From Macrostomum lignano (taxonomy: Eukaryota), in assembly GCA_002269645.1 (NCBI GenBank), contig NIVC01002494.1:104631-168630 (forward strand): a DNA stretch of 64,000 nt, in the 5' to 3' direction. The position numbers and the translations under genes are program-made. Positions 23,985 to 36,941 of this stretch are shown here, one piece after another (position 1 is the stretch's first letter; each line of letters opens with the position of its first letter). Under the pieces are notes generated by a model, which did no database searches, was not told where the DNA came from, and worked only from the letters and a program-made list of their open reading frames with translations.

Positions 23985-26900
23985 TCTGCCTCGCATTCTC
24001 CGCCATGCAAATTACATGATTCACTTTAAATCAGCTCTGATTCTCCCTCACATTCTCCGCCATGCAAATTACATGATTCACTTTAAATCAGCTCTGATTC
24101 TCCCTCACATTCTCCGCCATGCAAATTACATGATTCTCTTTAAATCAGCTCTGATTCTCCCTCACATTCTCCGCCATGCAAATTACATGATTCACTTTAA
24201 ATCATCCCTGATTCTCCCTCACATTCTCCGCCATGCAAATTGCATGATTCACTTTAAATCATCCCTGATTCTCCCTCGCATTCTCCGCCATGCAAATTAC
24301 ATGATTCACTTTAAATCATCCCTGATTCTCCCTCACATTCTCCGCCATGCAAATTACATGATTCACTTTAAATCAGCTCTGATTCTCCCTCACATTCTCC
24401 GCCATGCAAATTACATGATTCACTTTAAATCAGCTCTGATTCTCCCTCACATTCTCCGCCATGCAAATTACATGATTCACTTTAAATCAGCTCTAATTCT
24501 CCCTCACATTCTCCGCCATGCAAATTACATGATTCACTTTAAATCAGCTCTGATTCTCCCTCACATTCTCCGCCATGCAAATTACATGATTCTCTTTAAA
24601 TCAGCTCTGATTCTCCCTCACATTCTCCGCCATGCAAATTACATGATTCACTTTAAATCAGCTCTGATTCTCCCTCACATTCTCCGCCATGCAAATTACA
24701 TGATTCTCTTTAAATCAGCTCTGATTCTCCCTCACATTCTCCGCCATGCAAACTACATGATTCACTTTAAATCAGCTCTGATTCTCCCTCACATTCTCCG
24801 CCATGCAAACTACATGATTCTCTTTAAATCAGCTCTGATTCTCCCTCACATTCTCCGCCATGAAAATTACATGATTCACTTTAAATCAGCTCTGATTCTC
24901 CCTCACATTCTCCGCCATGCAAATTACATGATTCTCTTTAAATCAGCTCTGATTCTCCCTCACATTCTCCGCTATGCAAATTACATGATTCTCTTTAAAT
25001 CAGCTCTGATTCTCCCTCACATTCTCCGCCATGCAAATTACATGATTCACTTTAAATCAGCTCTGATTCTCCCTCACATTCTCCGCCATGCAAACTACAT
25101 GATTCTCTTTAAATCAGCTCTGATTCTCCCTCACATTCTCCGCCATGCAAATTACATGATTCTCTTTAAATCAGCTCTGATTCTCCCTCACATTCTCCGC
25201 CATGCAAATTACATGATTCACTTTAAATCAGCTCTGATTCTCCCTCACATTCTCCGCCATGCAAACTACATGATTCTCTTTAAATCAGCTCTGATTCTCC
25301 CTCACATTCTCCGCCATGCAAATTACATGATTCACTTTAAATCAGCTCTGATTCTCCCTCACATTCTCCGCCATGCAAATTACATGATTCTCTTTAAATC
25401 AGCTCTGATTCTCCCTCACATTCTCCGCCATGCAAATTACATGATTCACTTTAAATCAGCTCTGATTCTCCCTCACATTCTCCGCCATGCAAATTACATG
25501 ATTCTCTTTAAATCAGCTCTGATTCTCCTTCACATTCTCCGCCATGCAAATTACATGATTCTCTTTAAATCAGCTCTGATTCTCCCTCACATTCTCCGCT
25601 ATGCAAATTACATGATTCTCTTTAAATCAGCTGCTCTGATTATCCCTCACATTGTCCGCCATGCAAATTACATGATTCACTTTAAATCAGCTCTGATTCT
25701 CCCTCACATTCTCCGCCATGCAAAGTACATGATTCACTTTAAATCAGCTCTGATTCTTCCTCACATTCTCCGCCATGCAAATTACATGATTCACTTTAAA
25801 TCAGCTCTGATTCTCCCTTACATTTCCGCCATGCAAAGTACATGATTCACTTTAAATCAGCTCTGATTCTCCCTCACATTCTTTGCTATGCAAATTACAT
25901 GATTCACTTTAAATCAGCTCTGATTCTCCCTCACATTCTCCGCCATGCAAATTACATGATTCTCTTTAAATCAGCTCTGATTATCCCCCACATTCTCCGC
26001 CATGCAAATTACATGATTCACTTTAAATCAGCTCTGATTCTCCCTCACATTCTCCGCCATGCAAAGTACATGATTCACTTTAAATCAGCTCTGATTCTCT
26101 CTCACATTCTCCGTCATGCAAATTACATGATTCACTTTAAATCAGCTCTGATTCTTCCTCACATTCTCCGCAATGCAAATTACATGATTCACTTTAAATC
26201 AGCTCTGATTCTCCCTCACATTCTCCGCCATGCAAATTACATGATTCTCTTTAAATCAGCTCTGATTCTCCCTCACATTCTCCGCCATGCAAATTACATG
26301 ATTCACTTTAAATCAGCTGCTCTGATTCTCCCTCACATTGTCCGCCATGCCAATTACATGATTCACTTTAAATCAGCTCTGATTCTCCCTCACATTCTCC
26401 GCCATGCAAATTACATGATTCTCTTTAAATCAGCTCTGATTCTCCCTCACATTCTCCGCCATGCAAATTACATGATTCTCTTTAAATCAGCTCTGATTCT
26501 CCCTCACATTCTCCGCCATGCAAATTACATGATTCACTTTAAATCAGCTCTGATTCTCCCTCACATTCTCCGCCATGCAAATTACATGATTCTCTTTAAA
26601 TCAGCTCTGATTCTCCCTCACATTCTCCGCCATGCAAACTACATGATTCACTTTAAATCAGCTCTGATTCTCCCTCACATTCTCCGCCATGCAAACTACA
26701 TGATTCTCTTTAAATCAGCTCTGATTCTCCCTCACATTCTCCGCCATGAAATTACATGATTCACTTTAAATCAGCTCTGATTCTCCCTCACATTCTCCGC
26801 CATGCAAATTACATGATTCTCTTTAAATCAGCTCTGATTCTCCCTCACATTCTCCGCTATGCAAATTACATGATTCTCTTTAAATCAGCTCTGATTCTCC

Positions 26901-29900
26901 CTCACATTCTCCGCCATGCAAATTACATGATTCACTTTAAATCAGCTCTGATTCTCCCTCACATTCTCCGCCATGCAAATTACATGATTCTCTTTAAATC
27001 AGCTCTGATTCTCCCTCACATTCTCCGCCATGCAAATTACATGATTCACTTTAAATCAGCTCTGATTCTCCCTCACATTCTCCGCCATGCAAATTACATG
27101 ATTCACTTTAAATCAGCTCTGATTCTCCCTCACATTCTCCGCCATGCAAATTACATGATTCACTTTAAATCAGCTCTGATTCTCCCTCACATTCTCCGCC
27201 ATGCAAATTACATGATTCACTTTAAATCAGCTCTGATTCTCCCTCACATTCTCCGCCATGCAAATTACATGATTCACTTTAAATCAGCTCTGATTCTCCC
27301 TCACATTCTCCGCCATGCAAATTACATGATTCTCTTTAAATCAGCTCTGATTCTCCCTCACATTCTCCGCCATGCAAATTACATGATTCACTTTAAATCA
27401 GCTCTGATTCTCCCTCACATTCTCCGCCATGCAAATTACATGATTCTCTTTAAATCAGCTCTGATTCTCCCTCACATTCTCCGCCATGCAAATTACATGA
27501 TTCACTTTAAATCAGCTCTGATTCTCCCTCACATTCTCCGCCATGCAAATTACATGATTCTCTTTAAATCAGCTCTGATTCTCCCTCACATTCTCCGCCA
27601 TGCAAATTACATGATTCACTTTAAATCAGCTCTGATTCTCCCTCACATTCTCCGCCATGCAAATTACATGATTCACTTTAAATCAGCTCTGATTCTCCTC
27701 ACATTCTCCGCCATGCAAATTACATGATTCACTTTAAATCAGCTCTGATTCTCCCTCACATTCTCCGCCATGCAAATTACATGATTCACTTTAAATCAGC
27801 TCTGATTCTCCCTCACATTCTCCGCCATGCAAATTACATGATTCACTTTAAATCAGCTCTGATTCTCCTCACATTCTCCGCCATGCAAATTACATGATTC
27901 ACTTTAAATCAGCTCTGATTCTCCCACATTCTCCGCCATGCAAATTACATGATTCACTTTAAATCAGCTCTGATTCTCCCTCACATTCTCCGCCATGCAA
28001 ATTACATGATTCACTTTAAATCAGCTCTGATTCTCCCTCACATTCTCCGCCATGCAAATTACATGATTCACTTTAAATCAGCTCTGATTCTCCCTCACAT
28101 TCTCCGCCATGCAAATTACATGATTCACTTTAAATCAGCTCTGATTCTCCCTCACATTCTCCGCCATGCAAATTACATGATTCACTTTAAATCAGCTCTG
28201 ATTCTCCCTCACATTCTCCGCCATGCAAATTACATGATTCACTTTAAATCAGCTCTGATTCTCCCTCACATTCTCCGCCATGCAAATTACATGATTCACT
28301 TTAAATCAGCTCTGATTCTCCCTCACATTCTCCGCCATGCAAATTACATGATTCACTTTAAATCAGCTCTGATTCTCCCTCACATTCTCCGCCATGCAAA
28401 TTACATGATTCACTTTAAATCAGCTCTGATTCTCCCTCACATTCTCCGCCATGCAAATTACATGATTCACTTTAAATCAGCTCTGATTCTCCCTCACATT
28501 TCCGCCATGCAAATTACATGATTCACTTTAAATCAGCTCTGATTCTCCCTCACATTCTCCGCCATGCAAATTACATGATTCACTTTAAATCAGCTCTGAT
28601 TCTCCCTCACATTCTCCGCCATGCAAATTACATGATTCACTTTAAATCAGCTCTGATTCTCCCTCACATTCTCCGCCATGCAAATTACATGATTCACTTT
28701 AAATCAGCTCTGATTCTCCCTCACATTCTCCGCCATGCAAATTACATGATTCACTTTAAATCAGCTCTGATTCTCCCTCACATTCTCCGCCATGCAAATT
28801 ACATGATTCACTTTAAATCAGCTCTGATTCTCCCTCACATTCTCCGCCATGCAAATTACATGATTCACTTTAAATCAGCTCTGATTCTCCCTCACATTCT
28901 CCGCCATGCAAATTACATGATTCACTTTAAATCAGCTCTGATTCTCCCTCACATTCTCCGCCATGCAAATTACATGATTCACTTTAAATCAGCTCTGATT
29001 CTCCCTCACATTCTCCGCCATGCAAATTACATGATTCACTTTAAATCAGCTCTGATTCTCCCTCACATTCTCCGCCATGCAAATTACATGATTCACTTTA
29101 AATCAGCTCTGATTCTCCCTCACATTTCCGCCATGCAAATTACATGATTCACTTTAAATCAGCTCTGATTCTCCCTCACATTCTCCGCCATGCAAATTAC
29201 ATGATTCACTTTAAATCAGCTCTGATTCTCCCTCACATTCTCCGCCATGCAAATTACATGATTCACTTTAAATCAGCTCTGATTCTCCCTCACATTCTCC
29301 GCCATGCAAATTACATGATTCACTTTAAATCAGCTCTGATTCTCCCTCACATTCTCCGCCATGCAAATTACATGATTCACTTTAAATCAGCTCTGATTCT
29401 CCTCACATTCTCCGCCATGCAAATTACATGATTCTCTTTAAATCAGCTCTGATTCTCCCTCACATTCTCCGCCATGCAAATTACATGATTCACTTTAAAT
29501 CAGCTCTGATTCTCCCTCACATTCTCCGCCATGCAAATTACATGATTCTCTTTAAATCAGCTCTGATTCTCCCTCACATTCTCCGCCATGCAAATTACAT
29601 GATTCTCTTTAAATCAGCTCTGATTCTCCTCACATTCTCCGCCATGCAAATTACATGATTCACTTTAAATCAGCTCTGATTCTCCCTCACATTCTCCGCC
29701 ATGCAAATTACATGATTCACTTTAAATCAGCTCTGATTCTCCCTCACATTCTCCGCCATGCAAATTACATGATTCACTTTAAATCAGCTCTGATTCTCCC
29801 TCACATTCTCCGCCATGCAAATTACATGATTCACTTTAAATCAGCTCTGATTCTCCCTCACATTCTCCGCCATGCAAATTACATGATTCTCTTTAAATCA

Positions 29901-30060
29901 GCTCTGATTCTCCTTCACATTCTCCGCATCAAATTACATGATTTTTAAATCAGCTCTGATTCTTTACATTTTATCAAAGTACATGATTCATTTAAATCAG
30001 CTCTGATTCTCCTCAATTCTTCGCTATGCAAATTACATGATTCACTTAAATCAGCCCTAC
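23985..30060 (+). repeat. 57-bp satellite, ~106 units, right arm of the inverted duplication
   Basis: Direct read; degenerate distal end followed by the same unique flank as the left-arm array. Confidence 0.98.
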
Positions 30061-30719
30061 AGAATCAATCAATCTCAAAATCCCTAATAAAATTTGTCTG
30101 CATATTATCTAATTATTTTTTCTATCTCAATACTTTTGTTTGCTAGTCATATTTGCAATTTTTCCTACCAAACAGTTTAATCGTAACGAGCTTCATAAAA
30201 ATTTTGAATCAATTTGATTGTACCTGGCAATACCATCTCTATTTACTTCACAAAGTTAAATATTCAGCATGCAAATTGAATTAATATTCTTAAATACATT
30301 GGTGCGACCAATCCAGACCAATTAATTACACCGCAAACAGTTTTGCATCTCTGTGCAATATAATTCATTTTTAGGTCAGGTGTGATGAAGTACTTTTAGA
30401 CAATTAGACAACATGCGCAAAAAATGCTTTGGATGAGCTGCTAGCTGGGTGAGACCCAGCTGCATTCTCAAGGTTTGTTTTAATCAGAAAAGATAGACGA
30501 GCTGCCAATGCTCATGAACTCCGGTTCGACGTAAAAATTTCAAAGTGCCCTGTTGACATGACTGATGACTATTACCAAATATTTCGGTATGAATATTTGC
30601 AGATTGACAAGCGCTCAGAATGATGAAATTGCAAATTAACTGTGCAGAAAATGCTGGAAATAAGCTGATCAATTTGGTACGAAGCCAATTGGAGCGAGGA
30701 AGAGTACACAGTGACATCC

Positions 30720-31029
30720 AAAGCTCCAAAGCATATCCCTACATGTTCAAGATGAAAGGCATGTGGGGAGAAGATATTCGAGGGCTCTTCCACGAGCACG
30801 AGCTGCATTCAGGCTGTCCCGGACTCGCAGCTGCTGTATGCGATCGAGAAGACCCGAAAGACTGAGAAGCGGAAGGGGAAATTCGCTATCTGGTCAAGTG
30901 GGCCGGCTACGACTCGACTGGCTGGGTAGACGACAAAGACTTAAGAAAAGTTTAGCTGGTTGATGCAACTGTCATTATTTGTTCAATCGCATTATGAAGA
31001 ATATTGTCATCAACAGTCAACATGCTGAA
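30720..31029 (+). mobile_element. Polinton integrase C-terminus/chromodomain relic (right-arm copy)
   Basis: YPYMFKMKGMWGEDIRGLFHEHEL, a frameshift, then ...YAIEKTRKTEKRKGEIRYLVKWAGYD...WVDDKDL*. Confidence 0.7.
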
Positions 31030-31672
31030 TTTTTTTTGATGCGATGAGTGACAGGCAATCTGGACTGGAGGCTGATACATTTATACAGACTTCTCATCAT
31101 AAGCATGGACAGCTTGCAATTTCTCGATCTCGTCAGAAGCTTTTTGCCCCAGAGAAAGTTTTTGCTAATTACTCTAAATATGATCAATAAAACAGTTTTC
31201 AAGCATGCAAATCGAATTAATATTCTTTTAATAACGAGTATATTTGGAATAACTTTCAACGCTTTCTGAAAAAAACAAGCAATGCAGTTTTGTGTTTTTT
31301 TCAATTCGAGTCATTTCTCAGCTCAATTTTAGTCAGCAGCAGAGTTATAAGCTAGCAAAAGTAAATTATTGATCATGGACAGTGGGCAATAATACTTAAA
31401 TAATTAATCCAAGTTGCTATAGTACTAATACAGTATCATTAATTTTATTTTGAATTCAACAAGTTTACTCGAGAAGCATTGGACAAACCATGACAAAGCT
31501 ATGACAGCAATCAAGTTCATACATGTACAACCTATCTATCACTACAGAATAACAATGTTACTTTTCAGATGTACTTCTTGGATAAATATAGTTTGAAGTG
31601 CTTTAATTGGTCTAGTCACTAAGAAAAGATTACGTTGAGCTATTCATCTGTATTGCAAGGTCCACCACCGAA

Positions 31673-34600
31673 TCAATCAAAGTTGGCAACAAGCAAAGCT
31701 GTGCCGGCCGCCAAAACTCCGACAGTCACAGCACTGGTAGCAGCGGATCGCAGTTGGGCTTTGGTTCTTTTGGTTCTGGCCGACCAGCCCCATTTTTTCA
31801 GCTCATCTAGGGACGGCTCCGCCACAGGGTCGCTCAAAATTCGATTGAACCTGATCTCACCAGCGACGTTCGACGCGCTGACGGCAGCCACTGCGACAAA
31901 CATCAGAGGCTTTCCAAGAGCCTCGTACTGACTAAAGATATTCACCGAAGTTTCCTCAGTATAAATCAGTTCCGGACAGGCTAAAAAATTTGTCCTCAGT
32001 TCGGCACTGGACAATGTGGAATAGCGAACCGTGTATGCTGGCACATCTGTCAATGGTAGTTGATTGTGTGGAGGTCTGGTGTCCTGCGTTATTAATCAAC
32101 TGTTTCTGTTAAGAGCAGACATTTAATAGATACACAATTATTGGTCAGTAAATGATTGCTGGTCCGCCTTGTCCGTCCTATAAGAAGATCACATGCCAAT
32201 TTCCTATGTAAATTCAATGTTCTAAACAGAAGGCATGGCGTATAGATGCATGCAAATTCAAAAGCACTCTACTCTATTAAGCCATTTTAGAAAAGCAAAT
32301 GCATGAGCAAATATCAGACTGTAAGATGTAGCTCGTACATACAGGCGCCAGGCTTCAATAGACCTGATGGATCTTTTACTGGCCTCCAGTGCAGCCGAAT
32401 GAGCCCTTCCGCATAATTCTGCTCGATACTGAGGTCGGTGATCGGATTTGGCGGAATTCTTTGCCTGTTGAATTCGGGATTTTCCGCAACAACCCTTAGC
32501 CTGCCAACGGTGATCAAGCGAGAGACCGGGGAAGTGCAAGTCAGTTGAATTGTGTAGTCGCGAGCCTTAGTGATAGCATAGGCCGGTACCTGGCCGCAGT
32601 AGGATCCTCGAACTGGAAAATCATTTTTAAAATATTTAATTACATTGAAATTATGCTACTTATTCTGCAGGCAGTGCCAACTTACAGTGCTCGACATCAA
32701 ACAGGCTGAACCTGGCCACTTCAGCGTTGTTAGCCTTGACAACGGCGTAGATTTGAGAGTTGAGAATTTTTGTCGCGCCCTGAATCAGTCGAGCGCAGAC
32801 GTTTATCTCGGTGTCCTCTTTTACTCTCAGCACCCTGTCGGGCTCCACGCTCCCATAGAGTTTGATAGGCAGCTCCACAGATCCCGACCGCAATCTGGGC
32901 CCGATGCGTCCGGTGACTAACACCTGACCGAACTTGGCTGCCGTCTGGTTATTAGGTAGCGCTGCCAGGTTAGCCAAGGTCCAATGCCCGGTCTGTTCGT
33001 GCGTGCGAGAATTTCTACTTTACAGTTCATTTTATGCAGTCTTGTCCAATCCGAGTCGTTGGACTTATCGAGAGTCATTTTTCATTCTATCCAGGAATTC
33101 GAGAATTCTTTCTAAGACACTGTGGCACAGTCAGAGGGGGCCGTAGCCCAGCGGTAGCGCAGCTGCTCTGGTGTGCCAGCGACCCAGGCTCGATTCCAAG
33201 TGCAGTAACATTAATTTGGGGCTGAATTGGAATCTCGGCTTGGCTCTGCTCGTGCAATTAACGGCCTTGAGAGCCACCCCCCAAGGCGCAGTGAGGTGTA
33301 CATGCCTAACGATAATATAAAGTTAGGGCCGCTGTACACTCCTGTGTGAGTGTGTGCCTGCGTACGTATCCGCGCGCTTGTATGCCTGCTCAGGGGAGTC
33401 GGCGGAATGGGCAGTAATGCCTCTCGCCGGTTGTGTGCCCATGTCGCTTAAAGTGCGCCAGGGTGCACACAACCCCCTGCCTCTAATAAAAAAAGTGGCA
33501 CAGTCAGAGCATTGACATCGAGCAGTTAGATTCAGACATCAGTTGCCAAGAGTTGCATTACGGTTTGCTCACACACTGCGTTTCCAAATCCGCTGCTCAG
33601 AGCTCGAAAACATCTGATTGGCCCCAAAATTTAGTCCCAGTTGCAGTTTTGAATTTTTCGCTATGTGCACCACAAATGCACAAATTTTGGTCTAATGGTT
33701 TCTTCCAAGTTAAAAGTCCGAATTCAACTGCTCAATTTCTCAAATTCAATGCTCTCCCCATACACCGCTTTGGCCATAGACAATCTTCGGGTTGAATGGA
33801 TCCAATGAATATGGTTGGACGTGTCTTAAATTGCATGCCTAACGAAAATACTCGCTCAGTGATTGTCAGTTTTGGAAAACTTTCTCAAAGTATCTTTCTA
33901 GCAGTAGATACGTCTGAACTGTTTTTCTACAAAGTATAATAAAAGTACACAGCGCACCTCTATGCTCTCATCAGGAACTTTTACAGTCGCCGTTCTCGCC
34001 GCCGATTCGATTGTGCAGACGGCGCTGTTGCCAGCCGAGCAGTTGAACTCTTTGCCACTGGGCGAGCGAAGGGCCAGGCGCAGCTTGCCGGGCAAGAAGG
34101 ACTCGCCGGGGAAAAACAGCCAGAAGACCAGATCATGACGAACCGACGCGTCTATTCGGAACTTCAACGGACGATGAAAGTCAAGCGAAACCATCTGCGA
34201 AGCCAGCTGCAGAAATGGAAAAAGCGCCGATTGTAGAGGCGATGACGAAGGCGGGAAAATTGAAAACATGCCATGCAAAATCATCATACATGTATACTTT
34301 CTTCCAGAAGCTCAACTGCTCTACCAGCCTCCCAGATCCAGTGCATATGCTTTCATTGTAAAAAATTTTCAAATTACCCCATACACTCGTAAGATAACAT
34401 CTAGATTCCGGCATTAGGAGATGACCATTTTTTGCATTAGGGCGACAAAGTATTGAAATAATGGATACAATTTTTCAATTGGAAGACAACGGTGCAACTT
34501 TGCACCTGTTCACTATCCCCAGTCCCAAGTGCCAACAATCTCAAAGAGACACACGCCCAAGGTTCTCAGACTCAACCAATGAAGAAACATGCACGAACGT

Positions 34601-36941
34601 ACAGCGACGGTCTCATTGGCCCAAGCCGTGTCAGACGAGGTCGCTAGCAAAGACAGGGTCAAATCCAAAGCCGCCAGTCCACTAGTGGTTACCGGACCAA
34701 AGAACTGCTGGCCGCCAGTGACTTCAGAAAGACGCGACATCCGCATGTCCGCCTGATCACCGAAGCGAATGGTGTCAACCTTGAGGCTCGTCTTCGATAG
34801 AGCGTTGATTGCAGAGTCCAGTGCACCGCTGCAGATTTCCTCACCGTCTGAGAACAGAACTATCTGACCAACTGAGTTCCGAGTCGGACTCTTTGGGTCC
34901 TCGCCTAGCACCTGGATGTTTTTTGTGTGCGGGGCGATTCACGAATCATGATCCAAGCCGAAAGATTATTCAAATTTAGCCGCTTACCGCCATCGCCAGT
35001 AGAGCAGCGGCACCAATGCATGTATCACCACTTGGTCTTAAACTCATAACGGACTTCACCAACCGCTCTCGAATCACGGCCGAGTCAACTTTCACTAATT
35101 TATGCAAAATGTTGGCCTTGATGTCAAAAAAGATCAAGGCGCACTCGGAACCAGTCTCAAGCTGGAACCTCAAGTAGTGAATCACTGTGGCGATCATGTT
35201 GTAAAATCGGCTCTCCTAAAAAGGGGTAAGCAGCGCGCAGAAATGTTTTAAAATAAACGAAATGAGAACAGTGGGTAGGGCTGAGAGTGATGTACATGTA
35301 CGTGTACGAGCATGTAGGATGAATGAATCAAAACAAAAAAGGGATACATTCTGCTTACATGTCCCATGCTTCCAGACATATCCATGGCAATCACGACTCG
35401 TTGCTTGTCAGGTTCGACCACCAGTCGAAAGTTGATCTTTGACTTAGTCGAAACGGCAGAGCTGATTTGTTGAAAATCTCTGTGCTCTCGAATGACTTCC
35501 GCCGCGCTGCGCCCCCCGCAATACCTGTTGAGCAGGTTGTCCGCTTCCTTGTTATGCCCGCGCTTAGGGCCAGAGCTGTGACGATCCGAGTCGCAAAATC
35601 GAAACACTCCGGGGCTGTAGGGTGCGAACAGGAAGGAGGCAGCACTGGAGCTGAAAGGCTCGGCCACAACAACCCTACACCTGTTTCGCTGCCTGGTGTC
35701 GCTGAAGTCGCAGGGGAGTCCGCTGCCCGGTCCGCTGGCTATTAACAGGTTTGTTCGAATGTCCGGGCTGCAGGAGGAGACTCGATGACGCGCTTCACCC
35801 TCTGGTGTCAGTATTTTATACGTCGGTCCGGCTAGAGGGGCTTCGCTGTGCAGCCCCCAGCGGTATTGCGAGAAGTGCAGTGTCAGATCTCGGGCAACTG
35901 CATGGGAGGAACGGTTCGGGTAACACATCAGTTTTGATATTTGAGTGGTGGAATTGGGCTGCATCTAATAGAGAGGGCGTGACATTGAGTGGTTCGCAGA
36001 CAAATATTGCTTATGCACTCGTACTTGTGTGGTTGAACAGACTTTCAGCCGCTAGCATAATCTTCTTGGCTGGCTTTCCGCAGGCAGGCTTCTCCCAAAC
36101 TGGCCCATCGTCGGCCGGGTAAAAGTCCGGTGAGACGTGAAAATCGGCATGGTCTCGTCGCTCCCAGGTGGCCTGGTGCAGCTGAACCATTTCTGAGCTG
36201 ATCTTGGCGAGTTGGCGACCCAGCTGATTCGGTACCAGCACGCTGACGTCGCTGAAGCTCAAACGGCGTCCGACTGGTTCAGTGAGTTCCCCAATCATGT
36301 CCGAGACACTTTGGAAGACAGTCTGGGGCGAGGTAAAGGAAGAAGGTTAGTGTTATGCAGGGGCGTTGCCATGGATTTTTATGGTGGGGGACAAAACCAA
36401 GAAGTCTACAGGACTAAATTCCTATATGTACTTTACTTTGAGAACCGGTGTTGCTAGCGCTAGTTTTGACGCCCCAGTCAGGCACTCGTTTTGCGCCGCA
36501 GGCATGCAGGCACTCACTGTGGGACCGAAGACGCTGTATTTTGGCGCCCTGGAGTAAAATTATTGATTTACATAACGGGTCACAAAGTGGGCTGGTGGGA
36601 TCCCTCTGGGCCCCTTTCCATGGTGACGCCCCTGGTATCATTTATTTATCTGTTTTGAGTATGATTCGCTGCCGTTTTTAAGTCTGCCACTCAACTCTAT
36701 AAATTTATCAAGTCAAAAAAATTTTATTTCAATTCCCGTTATGGCTTACCCGCAAAGCTTGAAGTAGCTGAGAATAGTGCAGCTCAGGAATAGAACCGTT
36801 TGCTGACATTTCCATAACAACCAGCATGTTGCGAAAGTAGCCGTCATCAGTGAGCTGCAGTTTGCTGGGTGCACTCAGCTGGATGAAGATAGCAACTAGT
36901 AGAATGGTCATGAAGTTTGAGTTGCTTCTTTTTAACCGCAT
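31673..36941 (-). CDS. Full-length CLCA-like protein (~921-923 aa), 9 exons: 36941-36750, 36322-~36019/36025, 35897-35359, 35215-34988, 34911-34603, 34206-33958, 32992-32686, 32612-32343, 32046-31673
   Basis: Signal peptide; CLCA N-domain (YRWGLHSE, ASFLF, RFCD..HNKEADNL.N.YC..RSAAEVI); vWA with MIDAS (DMSGS, DTCIG, SDGE); beta-sandwich/FN3-like; hydrophobic C-terminus; consistent splice phases (exon 2 donor ambiguous by 6 nt). Confidence 0.85.
33137..33494 (+). mobile_element. tRNA-derived SINE in an intron of the CLCA-like gene
   Basis: A-box TAGCCCAGCGGTAG, B-box-like GGCTCGATTCC, A-rich tail; 15-bp target-site duplication GTGGCACAGTCAGAG (33122-33136 and 33495-33509). Confidence 0.9.

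Noticed and set aside
16398-29948. 571-aa and 622-aa repeat ORFs as annotated CDS
   Set aside because: A stop-free frame in a 57-bp unit is expected by chance; the long ORFs start at TTG, have no signal peptide or unique domain, and carry many non-synonymous variants. Kept only as a low-priority finding
33137-33210. tRNA gene
   Set aside because: No complete cloverleaf or acceptor stem; followed by a body, an A-tail and a TSD, so it is a SINE head
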